From an uncultured delta proteobacterium (GTDB lineage Bacteria > Desulfobacterota > Binatia > UBA9968): DNA of 64,000 bases. Below are positions 60,371 through 64,000 of this stretch, in pieces. A program made the translations under genes and the position numbers. Below the pieces are notes generated by a model that worked only from the letters and a program-made list of their open reading frames with translations, searched no databases and was not told the DNA's origin. How positions within the stretch are numbered: the first letter of the stretch is position 1; every line of letters begins with the position of its first letter. Where the stretch lies: the NCBI GenBank assembly GCA_963804165.1, contig CAWDPO010000037.1, positions 64,001 to 128,000 of the forward strand, given 5' to 3'.

Positions 60371-63326
60371 TTATCTTCGAAGTTCCATCGGCAAAGTGAT
60401 CGTGAACTTCGATCCTTTGCCTTCTTCGCTCTCGACGACGATTTCGCCGCCCATAAGATTGATGAATTTTTTCACGATGGCCAAGCCTAAGCCGGTGCCG
60501 CCGTATCTCCGCGTGCTCGACATATCGGCCTGGCGAAACTCGTCGAAGATGTATTTAAGCGCATCCTGGTTCATACCGATGCCGGTGTCTGACACGGTGA
60601 GCTTTACGGAACCGTTGTCGCGCCAGGCGGTGACTTTGATCTCGCCGCGCTCGGTAAACTTGACCGCATTGCTCAGGAGGTTGAGCATGGATTGCTTGAG
60701 TTTGTCCCGGTCGGTTTTGAGCGGCGGGATATCCGAGGCGATCTCGGTGACCAGTTTGACGTTTCCGTTTCTAAGTAAGCGGTTCGACCGTGGTCGTCGC
60801 GACCCGCAGGATTTCGTCGAGCTTGAACGTTTCGGCGAAGACCTCCATGCGCCCCGCTTCGATCTTCGCCAGATCGAGCAGCTCGTTGATCAAACTGAGC
60901 AGATGATCCGAGCTGATGAGGACTTTTTGCAGGTTTTCTTTTTGTAGGGCTTCGATTTTTCCCTCGGTGCGGCGCAAGACTATTCTCGTGAAGCCGATAA
61001 TCGAGTTGAGCGGCGTGCGCAGCTCGTGGCTGACGTTGGCGAGAAATTGCGATTTGTGCCTATTCGCGGTTTCGAGCTGGGCATTTTTCTCTTCGAGTTC
61101 TTGGAACAAGCGAACATTCTCGATGGCGATCACCGCCTGGTCGGCGAAAGTCTTGAGTAGTGAGATTTGACTTTCCGTGAATGGCCGAATTTCTCGCCGG
61201 TAGACGGCGATGGCGCCGACCAGAGTATTTTCCTTAAGCATCGGAACCGCAAGAACGGTTCGGATTCCCTCGTTGCGGTATTCTTCCGGAGGGTGCCACT
61301 CGGGATCGGCGGAAACGTCGGGGATGTGAATGATTCTCTTTTCCAATGCAACGCGGCCGACCGCCGTTCCCCGGTCCGGCGGAAATGTTCTATCCGCCAA
61401 TGTCGTCATCTGCGGGGAAACATACTGAGCCGTAGCCAGACGGAAAACCTCGCCATCAAATCTAAAAATGGCGCCGTAGTCGGTACTGCCCAGACGCGTT
61501 GCGTTGCCGAGAATGGTTTCAAAAACGGGTTGGAGGTCTCGCGGCGAGCTGCTGATCACGCCCAAAACTTGGCTCGTCGCAGTCTGTTGCTCCAACGACT
61601 CGGTGAGCTCACTGTTCTTCTCCTGGATCTCCTGAAAGAGCCGAACGTTTTCTATAGCGATCACGGCCTGGTCGGCGAATGTCTTAAGAAGAGCGATTTG
61701 CTTGTCGTTGAACGGACGGACCACCGTACGGCGGATATTGATTACGCCAATCGGTATCCCTTCCCGCAGCAACGGTGTGGTCAAAACAGTCCGCACGCCG
61801 CTGGCCTGTTGTCTAGATTTCGATCCGGGGAAATCTTTTTCCACCTCTAACGCGAGATCATGGACGTGAATCGTCGTCTTGTCGATTACCGCTCGACCCG
61901 CAGGTGTTCCACGAGTGATCGTCGGAACCGACGTCGTAAACGGAATCGAGCCATGTCCGGCTACGCGCTGCAGAACTTCCCCTTCGATAAGAAATATCTG
62001 TGCATCCTCGGCATCACACAGCCGCGCCGCTCGTTCCGCGACGACGTCGAGAACCGGCTGAATATCCGTTGGCGAGCCGGCGATCACACCGAGGATTTCG
62101 CTCGTCGCCGTTTGCTGCTCCAGTGATTCTGTCAGTTCGCGGGTGCGGTCTTCGACCTTTTGCTCCAGGTTGGTGTAGGACTCCTGCAGCTGAGATGTCA
62201 TCTTGTTGAACTCGTCGGCCAGCACTTCGATCTCGTCGCCGCTCTTCAGATTGAGACGATAACCGAGATCACCGGTGCCGATGCGTTCGACACCTTCACG
62301 CAAGCGGCGCAACGGATAGACCACGCGCCGCGCCAGAAAGAAGCTGGCGATCAGCGCCATGCCGAGACCGATCAAGAACAAGATGGAGGTTCGCAGCATC
62401 GAGGCGTAGAGCGCCTCGTAGGCTTCTTCGACGGGACGGTCGACGATAATCGCCCATTCGAGCCCCGGAACGAGCGCATAGGAGCTCAACACGTCTTTGC
62501 CTTGAATATTCGGCGCGACAATGGCGATGCGGCCCGGAGCGGCGGGAGCGCTGTCGAAGGCTGCTCTTGCGGCGGCGACTTCGCGGATATTGCGCCGTTG
62601 CAAAACCAGGCTGATATCGGGATGAGCGATCAGCTCGCCGCCGCGGCTGATGACATAGGCGTACCCCGCCTTGCCGATCGTGAGGCTTGAGACCACGTCG
62701 CCGATGTACTTGAGGTTGACCTCCGCTTGCAGCACGCCGATCACGTCGCCGGCAAAGCGCTCGATGGGCACGGCGATCGTCATATAGGGCTCGGAGCCGC
62801 GGACAAAGTAGACGCGCCCGAAGTAGGACTTGCCTTCTCGCGCTCGCTTGAACGCGTCTACCGCCGCGAGGTTTTTCTTGGCGTCGGGCAAAACGGTGCG
62901 CAGGCGCGACGCTTGCACCTGGATCACCCCTTCTTGGTTGAGTGCCACCGCCTCGGTGATCGCCGGCGCAATCAGCAGGAGCTTTTCCAGCTCGAAGCGA
63001 AAGTCCGGTGTGAGTCCCTTGGGCGCGATGTCGCGGCTCTTGGTCGCGCCCTTGAGCACGTTGTGGATCTCTTGCACGAAGTGTTCGATCTTGAAGGCCG
63101 CGCCGGAAGCGATTTCCTTTTGCTGGAGAGCCAGTTGCTCGCGGCTCTCGTGATAGCGAAAATAGATCTCGACGAGGCCGCTGGTGATCAGACCGCCGCC
63201 GATGAACAGCACGGATATCAGAAAATAATCGCGCACCAGGCGACCGCGGCGCTGGGGCTCGGCACGGCGACGAGACAGCCATTGCGGAAGTTTTTCTTTC
63301 CAATGGGTCATAGCCGAGGTCAACAT
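60371..63326 (-). CDS. Sensor histidine kinase (TM-dCache-TM-HAMP-GAF-GAF-HisKA-HATPase), frameshifted near 60775
   Basis: GYAYVI..LIAHPD Cache, HAMP DEIEVLADEFN, two GAF ending FADQAVIAIEN, SHELRTPL; removing one base joins NLLSNAVKF/DTGIG/GGTGLGL in ORF 60371..60688. Confidence 0.9.
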
Positions 63327-63445
63327 ATCACTTCATCGCGTTCCATGGAGATTTTTATTGCCTTTCTCCGGTTGCCGTTTACTTTTGCGCTTCCCGCACG
63401 ATGGCGCGCTCCGTTAGCTCGATCTCTCTGCTCGTGCGATCCGTG

Positions 63446-64000
63446 TCATAGATCCAAGTATGCGCGCTCCGCCTCTACAGCTTCCAACCAACGTCGCTTT
63501 CGCTCGACGGGCACGGCGAGCGGCTCAACTCGATCGCGATAGAACTGTACGCGTTCCTCTCGCGTCTTGAGCGGTGGCATCTCGATGACGACGCCGGTGC
63601 CGCCAAACTGCTTTCCCGCTTCGGCGTATCGCTTTCGCCTTTCAGAGGCGTCAAGCTTCAGCCAAACCTCCTCGCCCTGGAAACGCCATGGACCGTAGCC
63701 CGGCCTGAAAAAGAAGAATTCCGGTTCGGCAAAAACTTGCACGTCCTTAGTCGAATAGTCACGCTCGGCAACAATAATCCGTCCGTCCTGATCGGCCAGG
63801 ACCTCCGCGGAATCGTAAAACACGAAGGTCGGCCCGCGGTCGGGCCCAAGAAGTACTTTTGTCCACACCGCAAGCACGACGACGTTGTTAACAGGCTGCT
63901 TGGATTCGGCGTCGACGATCTGCGCTTTCCACGGTCCGAGTGCTAGAGCGGGGCGAACGGCGGCCGCAAGACTCAGGGCCAAAAGGAGAGTGCCAAGCAC
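63446..64000 (-). CDS. Exported hypothetical protein with a carboxypeptidase-regulatory-like start; 5' end possibly outside the window
   Basis: Signal peptide, then GPWKAQIVDAESKQPV..VVVLAVW, FFRPGY. Confidence 0.6.
   Translation of the reverse strand: MLGTLLLALSLAAAVRPALALGPWKAQIVDAESKQPVNNVVVLAVWTKVLLGPDRGPTFVFYDSAEVLADQDGRIIVAERDYSTKDVQVFAEPEFFFFRPGYGPWRFQGEEVWLKLDASERRKRYAEAGKQFGGTGVVIEMPPLKTREERVQFYRDRVEPLAVPVERKRRWLEAVEAERAYLDL

Overview
Bacterial chromosomal window, probably from a Deltaproteobacteria/Ca. Binatia-like genome (inferred only from the gene repertoire). I found no rRNA, tRNA, CRISPR array, integrase or transposase. 1-14.8 kb is metabolism and housekeeping: an ABC SBP, an MltD-like transglycosylase under a sigma54 promoter, glcD-glcF-glcE, a TakP-type TRAP transporter, an amidase and lipBA. 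14.9-19.8 kb is a small defence-like islet: an in-frame PLD-nuclease/methyltransferase-C-terminus chimera, a DUF4258/DUF2283 TA module, SLOG/DprA-like and CcbP-like genes, hypotheticals and a variant dCTP deaminase with a small partner. 20-33.8 kb holds core genes (NCS2 permease, ppiD, mreBCD-mrdA-rodA, trxA, pepA, folE, ccdA, tlpA). 33.9-34.25 kb is an unannotated mini-transcript with a 16-aa Lys/Ala microprotein and an MWWW micro-ORF. 34.6-40.4 kb has an orphan sigma54 activator and an Fe(III)-type ABC transporter. 40.8-53.1 kb is a TPR-CHAT protease / CHASE2-cyclase / DUF928 / TpsB / TpsA / exported Cys-rich protein locus with sigma54 promoters. 53.7-63.3 kb is an apparently self-contained cyclic-nucleotide circuit: sensor kinase, receiver, receiver-cyclase, MBL hydrolase, orphan SBP and a cNMP-binding-domain/DASS transporter fusion. 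It is interrupted by a four-helix-bundle gene bracketed by 33-bp inverted heptamer arrays. Several single-base frameshifts at 44-61 kb are probably sequencing errors. All family assignments come from motif recognition, not database searches.
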